NCBI GenBank assembly: GCA_951406725.2
Contig: OX597824.1
Span: forward strand, 78,430,001 to 78,494,000
Source: Octopus vulgaris
Taxonomy: Eukaryota
DNA length: 64,000 nt
Direction of reading: 5' to 3'
The translations under genes were made by a program, and so were the position numbers. Below the pieces are notes generated by a model, which saw nothing but the letters and a program-made list of their open reading frames with translations, ran no database searches and was not told the DNA's origin. This document shows, piece by piece, positions 29,200 through 42,472 of this stretch. Positions within the stretch are counted from its first letter, which is position 1; each line of letters opens with the position of its first letter.

Positions 29200-30070
29200 A
29201 CTCGGTAGTTCGGGTGAACGGCTTTTTATCTAAGTCGTTCAGCATCAAACGCTCGGTTCGTCAAGGGTGTCCGCTCTCTCCGCTTTTGTATGTGATGGCT
29301 CTTGAGCCATTGCTGCGAACATTGGGTGGCATCCCGAGACAGCCATGTTGTGGAAAGTTGGTTTCGGCGTACGCGGATGACATTACCATCATCGTAGCCA
29401 AAATGGATCACCTACAGAGGGTAGGCAAGGCCATTAAGGTTTACGAGACGGTGGGAGGAGCAAAGGTTAATCGTGAAAAGTCAGTTGGCTTGCAACTCTG
29501 CACCTAGGGAGGCAAGTCGATGCCTCCTGACAGCGTCGTGGGACATTGGACGGAGGGCCCGATTAAGTTGCTATGAGTTTGGTTTGGACCAGACCTCCAA
29601 ATAGAGAAGAACTGGACCGAGGTATCGAGCAGGATGACCCACATAGTCAATACCTGGTCTTGGCGGTGGCTATCCCTAAAAGAAAAGGCAGAGGTGACCA
29701 ATGTGTATATTGCATCGGTCATCACCCACCGCCCAACCGTCGTTCCTCACCCTCATTCGTGGTTGATCAAGCTGGAAAGACAGCTTTTCCACTTCTTGTG
29801 GAAGGGCTCGAAAGTGCTTGTGAGACAGCTCTATTTGCTGCCAACAACCGTTAAAGGGTGGTCTAGGGATGCCTTGGCTGTTGATATGCAGACATGCGCT
29901 GCGGGTGAGGCATCTGTGGGTCCACCTGGATGATGAACGGGTGTGGTCTCTGCTGGCAAAATGGATCTTTCCCAAGTTCACTAGTTTCGGTTGGCAAGAA
30001 ACCTGGTTCTATCGAAAATCGAAGTTGGGTACATGGTATACGGAGTGTCGTAAGGGACTCCTACTATTCC
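29200..30070 (+). mobile_element. L1/Tx1-clade LINE RT fragment, decayed
   Basis: VNGFLSKSFSIKRSVRQGCPLSPLLY..ALEPLL, AYADDIT, GAKVNREKS, WSWRWLSLKEK, FHFLWKG; in-frame stops and frameshift. Confidence 0.9.
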
Positions 30071-30129
30071 GTCGTAAGATTGTGGTTTCGGTACCTGGAC
30101 CGGGCGACGCATGATGAGAAATGGATTAA

Positions 30130-30890
30130 GTCTAGGGAGGCTCTAATCGATTACATCATGCCCAGTGTTCAACTGGTATTTATTTCAATGACCCCGAAAG
30201 GTGGAAAGATAAAGTCGGCCTCAGCGGAATTTGAACTCAGAAGTTAATGACGAATGAAATGTCGCTAAGAATTTTGCCCGGCGTGCTAACGTTTCTTATT
30301 TCTTTATTGCCCACAAGGAGCTTAACATAGAGGGGACAAACAAGGGCAGACAAAGGGATTAAGTAGATTACATCGACCCCTCTGCGTAACTGGTTCTTAT
30401 TTAATCGACCCCGAAAGGATGAAAGGCAAAGTCGACCTCGGCGGAATTTGAACTCAGAACGTAGCGGCAGACGAAATACCTATTTCTTTACTACCCACAA
30501 GGGGCTAAACACAGAGAGGACAAACAAGGACAGACAAATGGATTAAGTCGATTATATCGATCCCAGTGCGTAACTGGTACTTATTTAATCGACCCCGAAA
30601 GGATGAAAGGCAAAGTCGACCTCGGCGCAATTTGAACTCAGAACGTAGCGGCAGACGAAATACCACTAAGCGTTTCGCCCAGTGTGCTAACGTTTGTGCC
30701 GGCTTCTTTTTCGTCCGAGCTGGCAGAATCGTTAGCACGCCGGGCGAAATCCTTAGAGGCATTTCATCCGTCTTCACGTTCCGAATTCAAATTCCGCCGT
30801 GGTCGACTTTTCCTTTCATCCTTTCAGGGTCATTAAATTAAGTACCAAATTTGCTGACCTTGTACCAAAATTTGAAACCAATATTTGGAG
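30130..30890. mobile_element. Cluster of SINE family A copies (three tandem on -, one on +)
   Basis: Repeated gaccccgaaaggatgaaaggcaaagtcgacctcggcg blocks. Confidence 0.85.
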
Positions 30891-31604
30891 GTCATATTGA
30901 TATGTGAAGGGCTCTTCTCTGTTTTTCGTAATTTATGATCATTGAGCACAGATGATATGACCATATGAGCAAGGATATCTTAGTCGTGGCAAAGTTTATT
31001 TTGTAACAACATACTTCCGTTTTTGATCCCTCAACGTGAAGCGCCGGGAAAATGTCTTTTAAAACTTAACCCACCTCTCAGCTCAACTACATAGCTCTTG
31101 ATTAAAACTGGATTAAAACTTGCTGAACTGTCCCTTTTGTTCATTTTCGCTTAAATTATGCAAATTACCCAGGGCTATATATGAATTATTTTTGTACATA
31201 TCTAAATATCACGTCTGCTGTGCTAATGATGCATACGGAGGCAGAAATCCGTGTCCTACAGCTGTTCTTTCGTCTCCAGACAGACCGTCTTTCGAAAAAT
31301 TTTATTCATGAGATTATCTTCTCCTTCATATTTGGAGGTCGGCGCAATAAGACGTCTGAGTATTTTACTCTCAAAAGGAAAAGAAATATAATAAAATTAA
31401 AAAAAATATTATGTATGTTATATATTATCATAGCTATGATTGTTATTATAAATAATACATTATGATTAACATATACATGTCAACATATATACTATACATA
31501 TATATTATATTATATTATACTACATATATATATTGTATGTATATGTATATAAATATATATGTATATATATGCATACGTATATATGTATGTGTATATATAT
31601 ATGC

Positions 31605-31653
<49 letters not shown>

Positions 31654-31938
31654 ATATAGATATACTTGTAGACATTTGTGTATGGAAAAATATATATATA
31701 TAACTATACATATATTCATACATATATACACTCATATATATATAGAAAAATCATAGTATATGTATTTAGTTATTTATCAGATAAGGTTTCGTATCATTTT
31801 AATATATTTGCATTTATGTTAAAAAGTTATTCACCAAGTTACAAGTTCACTCACACATGCACATACACACACAGTCTCACACATATACATATATATATAT
31901 ATCTGCACAAATACCCACATGCGGTGTACATGTGTGTT

Positions 31939-31972
<34 letters not shown>

Positions 31973-32579
31973 CGTGTGTGTGTGTTTGTGTGTGCGTACC
32001 TATGTATCTGTATATATGTATTATCTAAAGCGAGATATATGTGGGTCATAATTTATTCAAACCACAACTAATTTCATATTCACAATTATAGAATAAATAG
32101 CTTTATTAGACAGTTTGAAATGTCAATAGAATTTACAAGTATATAAAATTACAGTGACAAAAAAAATGTGGTTTTCAGATTTATTCATCTTCGGTTTACG
32201 TGACTTGAGATCAAATAAGTCGTCTCTTTTGTTGAATTTCCAATGAAAAGTTTTATGAAATTTTCATTTCAGATTCTGAAGAAAAAAACTGTGATTTTGA
32301 GCCGCGTCAGTTATATATAGATAAAATATAGTAAATTGTGCCGCAGCGTGTGTAAAGTATAACTGAGATAACATCTTTATAGATAAGAAGAACATTGATT
32401 TTGTTTTTCAGGGATTATTTCAGGGATTATTTCCGGAAAATAATATGGGAACGACAGTGGGATTGCAATATAGTTAAATATGAAATTGCGAGAAGGAAAA
32501 AAGATTCATCGGTACGTATCAATAAATACAACACACACACATATATATTCATACATATCCATGCGACATACATACATAT

Positions 32580-32778
32580 ACTCTTTACTCTTTTACTTGT
32601 TTCAGTCATTTGACTGCGGCCATGCTGGAGCACCGCCTTTAGTGGAGCAAATCAACCCCGGGACTTGTTCTTTGTAAGCTCAGTACTTATTCTATCGTTC
32701 TCTTTTGCCGAACCGCTAAGTGACGGTGACGTAAACACACCAGCATCGGTTGTCAAGCAATGCTAGGAGAACAAACAA

Positions 32779-32809
<31 letters not shown>

Positions 32810-32990
32810 TACACACATATATATATATATATATACATATAAGTACGACAGGCTTCTTTCAGTTTCCGTCTCCTAAATCCACTCACAAGGCATTGGTCGG
32901 CCCGGGGCTATAGCAGAAGACACTTGCCCAAGATGCCACGCATGTGGTTGGTTAGCAAGCTACTTACCACACAGCCACTCCTGCGCCTAT
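32580..32990 (-). mobile_element. SINE family B
   Basis: Consensus match. Confidence 0.85.
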
Positions 32991-33009
32991 ACATATACAA
33001 ATGTATATA

Positions 33010-33200
33010 TCTATTATATAAAATCCTTTCTGTCTGTCTGTATGTGTGGCTTCTAGGATCTCGGTTATCCTCCATCCGATTGCGCTCAAATTTGATTTGT
33101 AGATACCGACGATATCAGGGCGTGTATAAGTCTTGAAAGAATTACAAAAATCGATTCCAGGTGAGAATGCGATCGATAAAGTCGTGGGAAAGTGCAGTTT
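33010..33200 (+). mobile_element. Possible Helitron-like 5' fragment
   Basis: A|TCTATTATATAAAA start, (CTGT)n and CCGATT..CTCAAATTTG motif as in Helitron-derived repeats; no 3' CTAG end found. Confidence 0.35.
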
Positions 33201-33500
33201 GCGCCAAAAAAGCCGGCTGGCTTAAAATAATGCAACAAAATGCAGTATATTAAAGAGACCAAAAAAAGTTAGATGCAAAAGAGGTATTTTCTTCAACCTT
33301 GGCATGATGGAAGGAAAGACTATTTGGTTTCCCAAGAACTTTTTTCTTTTTTGTTGTTAACTTCGTTTAACAAAACCAAAAACTTTTATTGAAATAAAGG
33401 CATGCTTAATTATTTTTTAATGAAAAGAAAACACTGATTGCTTTTTATTCAGCATATATGATTCAGCACCGTCCATTGGACGGGGAGCGTTTTGCTCGTC

Positions 33501-33565
<65 letters not shown>

Positions 33566-33593
33566 AAAAAAGCAACAAGAATGGATCAAAATA

Positions 33594-33677
33594 TCGGTAC
33601 AATTGTTTCGTACGAGGACATCTTTAATAAGCTACAAAAATTGTAGTAAATATAGATGGCTCGTACTCCTCAGCCGA
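33594..33677 (-). ncRNA. Type I hammerhead ribozyme, canonical core, extended stem II
   Basis: Minus strand: tcgg-CTGAGGA-gtacgag...catct...agatg...ctcgtac-GAAA-caattg-TA-ccga. Palindromic ACAATTGT stem III, GUA cleavage triplet. Lies in an insert (33563-33908) bounded by (TA)n on both sides. Confidence 0.88.
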
Positions 33678-33905
33678 AAAAACATCAGAGATTCCCAAAC
33701 ATCAAAAGGGGTAAATACAAATGAAGGTGTGAGTTTAACTGCATTGAAGAAAGTTCGATTCCTGGAGATCCGATGAAAGGTCTTGAACTTACAGAATATG
33801 TGCATGTCCATATATAATTCATAGTGAATTATTAATCAAGCTATGTGAAGAAATTTTGGATACAATCGTGCGAAATTTCTGAGAACTGCTGTATTATAAT
33901 CCGAG

Positions 33906-33965
<60 letters not shown>

Positions 33966-33984
33966 ATGTATGTATGTATGTATG

Positions 33985-34200
33985 TAGGAAGAATTCACAA
34001 ACTAAAACAAAAGACGAAGACAGGTGGTGTAGACAACAAACAGGTGTATTAGTTTAACGCTCCGGAAGTGAAAAAGTGTTTAACGTTTCGAGCCTACGCT
34101 CTTCCACAGAAAGGAATACATAAAGAAAACAAGGAAAGAAAATAAAGAGAGAAAATTGATATGTAAAACGAGTAATTCGCAAGACGAGCTCGGTCATGGA
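33985..34200 (-). mobile_element. Small microsatellite-embedded repeat with hammerhead-like vestige (copies at 35185-35520 on -; related 57440-57650 and 58430-58580 on +)
   Basis: Shared CTG(T/A)(A/G)GA-AGAGC(loop)GCTC-GAAACG...ctgagcgt motif. Confidence 0.55.
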
Positions 34201-34271
34201 ACGAATTAAATTCGTGCAAGTATATATACATATATATATGTAGGTATGCACATATATGTATGTATATATGC

Positions 34272-34323
<52 letters not shown>

Positions 34324-34419
34324 CTGTGTAAGATCCAGGGATCGAGGTATACGAAGAAATTTAGTCCGTAGAAAATATTGAAAAAAAACAACTATCAGGG
34401 ACAATATCGTTTCATTAAA

Positions 34420-34830
34420 AGGCGGCGAGCTGGCAGAATCGTTAGCACGCCGGGCGAAATGCTTCACAGTATTTCATCTGCCGTTACGTTCTGAGTTCAA
34501 ATTCCACCGAGGTCGACTTTGCCTTTCATCCTTTCGCGGTCGATTAAATAAGTACCAGTTACGCACTGGGGTCGATGTAATCGACTTAATCCGTTTGTCT
34601 GTCCTTGTTTGTCCCTTCCAAGTTTAGCCCCTTGTGGGCAGTAAAGAAATAAGAATCATTAGCATGCCGGGCGAATGCTTAGCGATATTTCGTCTGTCCT
34701 TACATTCTGAGTTCAAATTCCGCCCAGCTAGACTTTGCCTTTCATCCTTTCGGGGTCGATAAATTAATTACCAGTTGCGTACTGAGTTCAATCTAATCGA
34801 CTGGCTTTGTGCCTAGAGTAGAAAAGAATA
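34420..34830 (+). mobile_element. Tandem SINE family A copies
   Basis: Full copy 34420-34652 followed by a 5'-truncated copy. Confidence 0.85.
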
Positions 34831-35009
34831 TTGATTTATTGAAACAATATTGGTTTATTGGAAATATCTTCATATTGAAGGACAATAAACTGAAAAACAT
34901 GTTCTTTTTATATTTCACGGTAGGTGACCAGGATTCCCGGGTGTGCGAATAAGAATACAAGTGTTACGGAATGGATCCTTGCCGCAACTTAAACTTGCAT
35001 TTAATCTAG

Positions 35010-35108
35010 ATATCCTTGGCCTGAAGAGTAGCCTGCGGTATACACCTCGCTTGGATATTTACCATTTCCGAGGTTCTGCTTGTTATGAAACATATGTAGC
35101 CCGGATAT
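35010..35108 (+). ncRNA. Type I hammerhead ribozyme, canonical core, extended stem II
   Basis: atatcc-tt-ggc-CTGAAGA-gtagc...acctcg...cgaggt...gttat-GAAA-catatg-TA-gcc-c-ggatat. Palindromic ACATATGT, GUA triplet. Confidence 0.85.
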
Positions 35109-35131
35109 TATCAACTCCATTCCGTAACTCT

Positions 35132-35188
<57 letters not shown>

Positions 35189-35528
35189 AGAGTTTACGAA
35201 AAAAAAAAGACGAAGACAGGTGGTGTACAAAACAAACATATGTATTAGTATAACGCTCAGGAATAGAAAAAGTATTTTACGTTTCGAGCCTATGCTCTTC
35301 TACAGAAAGGGAAACAGAAAAAAACAGGAGAGAAACAAGGAGAGAAAAAATGTGTGTAGTGGATAACGATCTATCATGGCGACTGACTCGGACGGAAGGA
35401 TCACACACGAGGAGGAAAGTAGGGGAGATAACAAAATAAAGATGACCCCCAACACGAAGATGCGTGTGTGTATAAGAGAGTATGTAAGTACGTGTGAAAG
35501 AGGGCTGGTGGTCTATATATATATATAA

Positions 35529-35609
<81 letters not shown>

Positions 35610-35854
35610 CTTGTCTCCTTATATCATATGCATTAAATGATATTTATCTCTCACTAGATGGAGTACTTTCTGTTGATCTTACCTTAACGGAACAGTAATA
35701 CACACACACGCACACACGCACACACACACACATATATATTACTGTTCCGTTAAGGTAATATCAACAGAAAGCACTCAATCTAGCGGAAGATAAATATCAT
35801 TTAATGCACATGATATATATATATACATATATATATATGTATGTATATATATAC

Positions 35855-35929
<75 letters not shown>

Positions 35930-35949
35930 TATACATGCATGCATAAATG

Positions 35950-36001
<52 letters not shown>

Positions 36002-36021
36002 TATACATGCATGCATAAATG

Positions 36022-36115
<94 letters not shown>

Positions 36116-36450
36116 AAATTGATTATTATTTGATGTTCAACAAATGCAACAAATCGATTGAATATCAAAGAAGATTCTTTAATATAAATATAGATATATT
36201 ATGGAGTGAAGAAGTGAGTTCTGAAATTCAGTTATACTTAATATATAGCTAAACCTTACCGTTTGATAGAATGCAAGCTGGCAATGCCTTGTAGAGTTAA
36301 TTAAGCTGGATAAAATATATAGGAAATTGAGTTGACTATACTTTATTATACGATCAATTAATACAATCGCTTGATTAATTGAATATGGAATATTCATGGT
36401 TGAATATTGAATATTTATCTACAGATTCGTGCATGAACATGAGCCTGTAT

Positions 36451-36537
<87 letters not shown>

Positions 36538-36949
36538 AACAGAGAGAGAAAGAAAGAGATTGATTGTGGTTGATAATCCTAAATAATTAACTACCTCCAC
36601 AATTGAATAAAAGGCATGTAGCTATTACATAATATAATTTCGTTTACTTTATTACGTTCTACTTTAAAATAATTAACTTCTTCAATTATAGCTGATACAG
36701 CAAATATGCATTTTGTTCAGTTGAATTAGGATTAACAGGCAAAATCCGTACGCCCACTTCCTTTTGAATATTCACCAGCGAATATCCTCAACACATATAT
36801 GAGTTTATGCGGATGTCTATGTATGTATGTATGTCATTATTCAGTTTATTTCAAGATTTCTTGCCAATAGAGAAAGAACCGGTTTCTAACCTAGATCCAA
36901 GGTTCCCTTCCTTGGAATTCCAACATCAACAACAGGGTATTTTTGCATG

Positions 36950-37177
36950 TTTTACTGTTTTACTGTTTTACTTGTTTCAGTTATTTGACTGTGGCCATGC
37001 TGGAGCACAGCCTTTAGTCGAGCAAATCGACCCCAGTACTTATTATTTCTAACCCTAGTACTTATTCTATCGGTCTCTTTTGCCGAACCGTTAAGTTATG
37101 GGGACATAAACACACCAGCATCGGTTGTCAAGCGATGTTGGGAGGACAAACACAGACACACAAACATATACACACAC

Positions 37178-37221
<44 letters not shown>

Positions 37222-37388
37222 TTACGACGAGCTTCTTTCAGTTTCCATCTATCAAATCCACTCACAAGGCTTTGGTCGGCCCGAGGCTATAGTAGAAGAC
37301 AATTGCACAAGGTGCCACGCAGTGGGACTGAACCCGGGACCATGTGGTTGGTAAGCAAACCACTTACCACACAGCCACTCCTACGCCT
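36950..37388 (-). mobile_element. SINE family B
   Basis: Consensus match. Confidence 0.85.
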
Positions 37389-37390
37389 AA

Positions 37391-37421
<31 letters not shown>

Positions 37422-37474
37422 TGCATGTATTTATGTGCAGATTGTATGTTTTATGTATGTATTCTCATGCATAT

Positions 37475-38470
37475 AGTTACATATCTAGACATGCTCATAT
37501 ATATTTAAATGATAAACTTCTGGAAAGTTTTACAGATTTTTACAGTTCCAGTAATGGATTGGATCTGTAATCTTCGAATTAGCTTCCTCCTTTCTGGTTT
37601 TGGGAAGTCTAATTTCTCAAGATTGGTATTTAGACAGTGTATTACATATAAACCTGAACTTGTAATCTGGATAGAGTAACTGCAAAGTTCTCAATAGTTC
37701 AACATAGGTGTTCTCTTTTTTACTGATCTTAAGCTTTATATTAACATCCACTGGGCAGCTAATTTCCACAACTGTGCACAGTTTCTCTTCTCAATCCCAA
37801 ATCATTATATCAGGTCTGTTGTGCTTACATTTCATTGGGGTTTTCACTGGTACATTCGCCCAGCATTCCTTTTCATTATGAGTGGCTATGGCTTCTAACA
37901 TATTATGGGTTTTTCTCTCTTTGTCCTCGGGATTATCCTTCCGGCGGATGTCATTATAGAGTGTCCTAGCTACAACGTCATGTCTCATCGGCAGATAATA
38001 CCGTGATGACATTTTCGGACAACTGCTTATGATGTGGGTGATATCTTCATTGTGAACTCCACAAAGTCTGCATCGGTTGTCACATTTTGCGGCTTTTCCT
38101 GCATCTCTATCCCTTTTGTGCATCAGGTACTTGGTTGACATTGCCTGTTTCTGGATTGCAAATGCATACCCTTCAAAGAGGGAGGTAGTAATCCGGCTAT
38201 CGATCCGTGATAAACTGGTTTGGTGATCGATGTTACTACCATCACGGAGTTTTCTACTACAATATATATGCATAGTCTTCGGCTCACCCTTTCATCTGAT
38301 GATATGTTGCGGTAGAGTCGTGTGACTTCTTTGGGAATGGATTCTAGGTTATCAGACAAAGAGTGTTGCTCAAAAAACTGCCTTCCAAGTCTTATGATAT
38401 TATTAGCCTCATGTATACAAACTTTGTCCAGGGATGCACTTCGACGCTTGGTAGTTAAAAGATGTTGCCG
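37475..38470 (-). mobile_element. RLE-type (R4/Dong/NeSL-like) non-LTR retrotransposon 3' fragment in (TATG)n
   Basis: CRLCG..EDITHIISSC zinc finger, RHDVVA, HNRPDIMIWD and downstream VVEISCP..K restriction-like endonuclease motifs. (TATG)n directly at the 5' break and nearby on the other side. Confidence 0.88.
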
Positions 38471-38636
38471 ATGTATGTATGTATGTATGTATGTATGTAT
38501 GTATGTATGTATGTATGTATGTATATATGTACGTATGTATGTACAGCGACAGACGGACAGAGAGATGTATGTGTGTATGCATATGTGTTAATACTAGTAT
38601 TTATGCATGTATATATAAGTGTGTGCCTGTATATAC

Positions 38637-38670
<34 letters not shown>

Positions 38671-38674
<4 letters not shown>

Positions 38675-39554
38675 AGGAAAAAAATTTTTTTTTAAATGCA
38701 GAATGCTCAAATGAAAGAAAATTTTAATAAAATGAGAAATTGATAAAATATATAAATATATATTTATTCAACCGGTTTTCGTCATTGTATGACTTGTCAA
38801 GAATATTTATGTTTTAAAAAGTTTTTTTTTAAATTAGAAAGGGGAAAAAAAGAAAATTGCATTGTTTTTTGTAAAAGAATAATGATAAAAATGTACAAAA
38901 ATTAAAAAATAAGTTTCTCCGATACATTGTGAGTTCGTTGTGTATCTTGAGTTTTATGGTTGTTTACGAAAAAATTACCTTGAGGTGTTAAGATCCAAAG
39001 GGATTAAGAGCATGTGTTGTGTTGTTAAATTCAGCATGTTTGCAGGACAGGAAGTAGTAGTAATTGTGGTCCTGGTTTTCAGTTCCTGTGTTGTGAGTAA
39101 GGGGAGACAACTCTTTTGAGTTCTTCAATAAAACCCAAATTATAAAATTATCATTTTAGCTTCATTTGCGTTATCTTTTTTATATAATTGCTTGTTAACT
39201 TAACTTTCAGATTTTAACACTTTATTTATATTATTTTCTAATTATATAAATCTGCATAGACAATTGCATTTCAAATTGTCATATCATTTATAATAAAAAT
39301 GATAGTAATAACAACAATAGTAAAAATGATATTTAAAGAATATAAGTTTTAGCTTGAAGTGATGAATGCATGGTATCTTTATATATTTGTGTTAGTCCAT
39401 CCATGAAGAGTGAGGTAGAAGAAGGAAGTTTGATCAACGAGGAGTTTGCATATTAAGTTGTGTTTGGAATTTTTCAATAAAGAGATTCTCCTTGTTAATT
39501 CTCTCCTGTGTGGTGATCCCGTCTTTACATTGGTAGAAGGGGAATATATAGAAT
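38671..39554 (-). repeat. Inverted pseudo-LTR copy (arm 1 of ~885-bp inverted repeat)
   Basis: Reverse complement of 41719-42606; the differences seen are mostly homopolymer lengths. Confidence 0.95.
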
Positions 39555-41839
39555 CAAACACCACCGCTAACACAGACCCAAAATAAGAAAACAAAAATTA
39601 TAAACCTCTCCAGCAAAACACTGACACCAACCCAAATCAACATCCTAGCAAGAGGTTTGAAATTCACACCCACCCCAAGAACACCCAACATCAAGGATGA
39701 CGTTTCTGAATTCTGCAGAAAACTTCGCCTAACAGAAGCTTTGACAGATATCAACAATGGGGATGATTCATTGATCAGAAATAAAAGCAACTTCCTACCA
39801 CCAAAAGGGAGAAATAAAACACTGGACGATTTCTGCAAACACATCCAGAGTCTCCCCTTTACCCCAAGCAAAACCAAGGTAAAATCCAATTTCAGTAAGG
39901 AAGAATGGGAAAACCTACGTGACATACAACTGGATAAAAACCTCACCATCAAAGAAGCGGACAAAGGGAGTGCTGTGGTCCTTATGGACACGGAATTTTA
40001 TAAACACCTAGTGTTTTCCATGCTTAACAATAACATTTTCTATGAGGTTATTAACAACTACAAACAGCAAAAAACAATCAGAAACCTCACCACACTCATA
40101 CACCAACACGGTCAGGGACTCACAGAAAAAGAAAGGGATTATATCACCATTTTCAAATGCAAGCCCAGCCTTTTTTATGGCCTTCCTAAAATCCATAAAA
40201 ACAAATACATCACCGAAGCCTGCAAACTCTCCACTGACATCCACATCAACATCAAAGCACCGGAGGACCTAAAACTAAGGCCCATCGTGGCTGGTACCTC
40301 CTGTGAAACACACCGCCTGAGTAACTTCCTAGACATCCTTTTGAAACCTTTCCTTACCCACATCAAAAGTTTCATTAGGGATGATCTGGACATGCTCAAA
40401 CACCTCCCGAAAACAGTTAACGAGGAGGCACTCCTGGTATCCTTTGATGTCATCAACCTCTACACCAACATTCCACATGAGTATGGTATAGAGGCAATTG
40501 ACTTCTGGCTAGAAAAACACCCAGAGACATTCCCTGACCGCATTAACAAGTCTTTTATTACAGAATCTCTCAAGTTCATTCTGACAAACAATTTTTTCTC
40601 TTCGACGACACACACTACCGTCAAAAATGTGGCATTGCGATGGGTACCAAGGCTGCACCAGTCCTTGCGAACCTCATAATGGGTTACTTCGAACTGTCAC
40701 TCTATGAAATATCAAGCCAGAAATTTGGACATGTTTTCCACACCTACCTAATGGAAAACTGGAAAAGGTATTTAGATGATTGTTTCATCATATGGAAAGA
40801 ACCTTATGAAAAACTCCTGGAATTCAAAACCATACTAAACAACATACATCCCAACATCCAATTCACTATGGAATTAAGCAAACATCATCTCCCATTCCTT
40901 GATCTCCTAATTATAAAAACACCTAAGAACCAAATCATAACAGACATCTACCACAAACCTACAGACTCACAACAATACCTCCTCTTTAGTTCATGCCACC
41001 CAAAACACACCAAGACAAATATCCCTTTCAATTTAGCTAAAAGGGTATGCACCATTGTCTCGGATCCAAAAACACGAGAAATACGCCTTCAAGACCTCAA
41101 AAAAACACTATTACAACGTCAATATCCCTCCACCCTTATAGAGTATGGAATAAAACGCGCCAAAGAACTAGACAACACTACACTGAAAACCACCCAACCT
41201 AACACCACACACAACCTCAAAATACTTCCATACATTTCCACCCACAACCCCAAAAATATCGAAGCATACACCACAATCATACAAAACCTCAGTCTACTGT
41301 CAACAGACCCAAAAATGAAAAACATTATAAATACACACAAAATCCTCAAATGCAAAAGGCAACACAAATCTTTAAAAAAACTCTTGACAAATGCCAAACT
41401 TCACACACCACATCCACCCCCAACAGTAAAAAAATGTGCACGCTCAAACTGTGGTACCTGCCCCTTTCTACTTGAAGGCTCTGAATTTACCTTCAAACAG
41501 GGTACGAAGTTTAAAATCAAGACTAACTTCTCCTGTTCCTCCGAGAACCTTATCTACGTTCTCACATGCGCTGGTTGCCAACATAATTATGTTAGACAAA
41601 CGAGTCTCCCGTTACGTAAACGAGTAACGGTGCATAAAGAACAAATAAATCTCCCGGAATACCGACAAATTCCACTGAGTGACCACTTAGACTCATGTGC
41701 TAAAGACTTAAACCCCAAATTCTATATATTCCCCTTCTACCAATGTAAAGACGGGATCACCACACAGGAGAGAATTAACAAGGAGAATCTCTTTATTGAA
41801 AAATTCCAAACACAACTTAATATGCAAACTCCTCGTTGA
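39552..41839 (+). pseudogene. Penelope-like RT + GIY-YIG endonuclease polyprotein, N-terminally truncated, one frameshift at the T-run near 40592-40597
   Basis: Frame open from the inversion junction. Motifs: INLSSKTL..LARGLKFTP, KEADKGSAVV, YGLPKIHK, LRPIVA, SFDVINLYTNIP, then after the shift GIAMGTKAAP, WKRYLDD, LPFLD, DIYHKPT, C-x4-C-x2-C linker, NLIYVLTCAGCQHNYVRQT (GIY-YIG, YIG present as YVR), and His residues of the CCHH motif. Stop TGA at 41837-41839. Confidence 0.93.
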
Positions 41840-42472
41840 TCAAACTTCCTTTCTCTACCTACCTCACTCTTCATGGATGGACTAACACAAATATATAAAG
41901 ATACCATGCATTCATCACTTCAAGCTAAAACTTATATTCTTTAAATATCATTTTTACTATTGTTGTTATTACTATCATTTTTATTATAAATGATATGACA
42001 ATTTGAAATGCAATTGTCTATGCAGATTTATATAATTAGAAAATAATATAAATAAAGTGTTAAAATCTGAAAGTTAAGTTAACAAGCAATTATATAAAAA
42101 AGATAACGCAAATGAAGCTAAAATGATAATTTTATAATTTGGGTTTTATTGAAGAACTCAAAAGAGTTGTCTCCCCTTACTCACAACACAGGAACTGAAA
42201 AACCAGGACCACAATTACTACTACTTCCTGTCCTGCAAACATGCTGAATTTAACAACACAACACATGCTCTTAATCCCTTTGGATCTTAACACCTCAAGG
42301 TAATTTTTTCGTAAACAACCATAAAACTCAAGATACACAACGAACTCACAATGTATCGGAGAAATTATTTTTTAATTTTTGTACATTTTTATCATTATTC
42401 TTTTACAAAAAACAATGCAATTTTCTTTTTTTCCCCTTTCTAATTTAAAAAAAAACTTTTTTAAAACATAAA

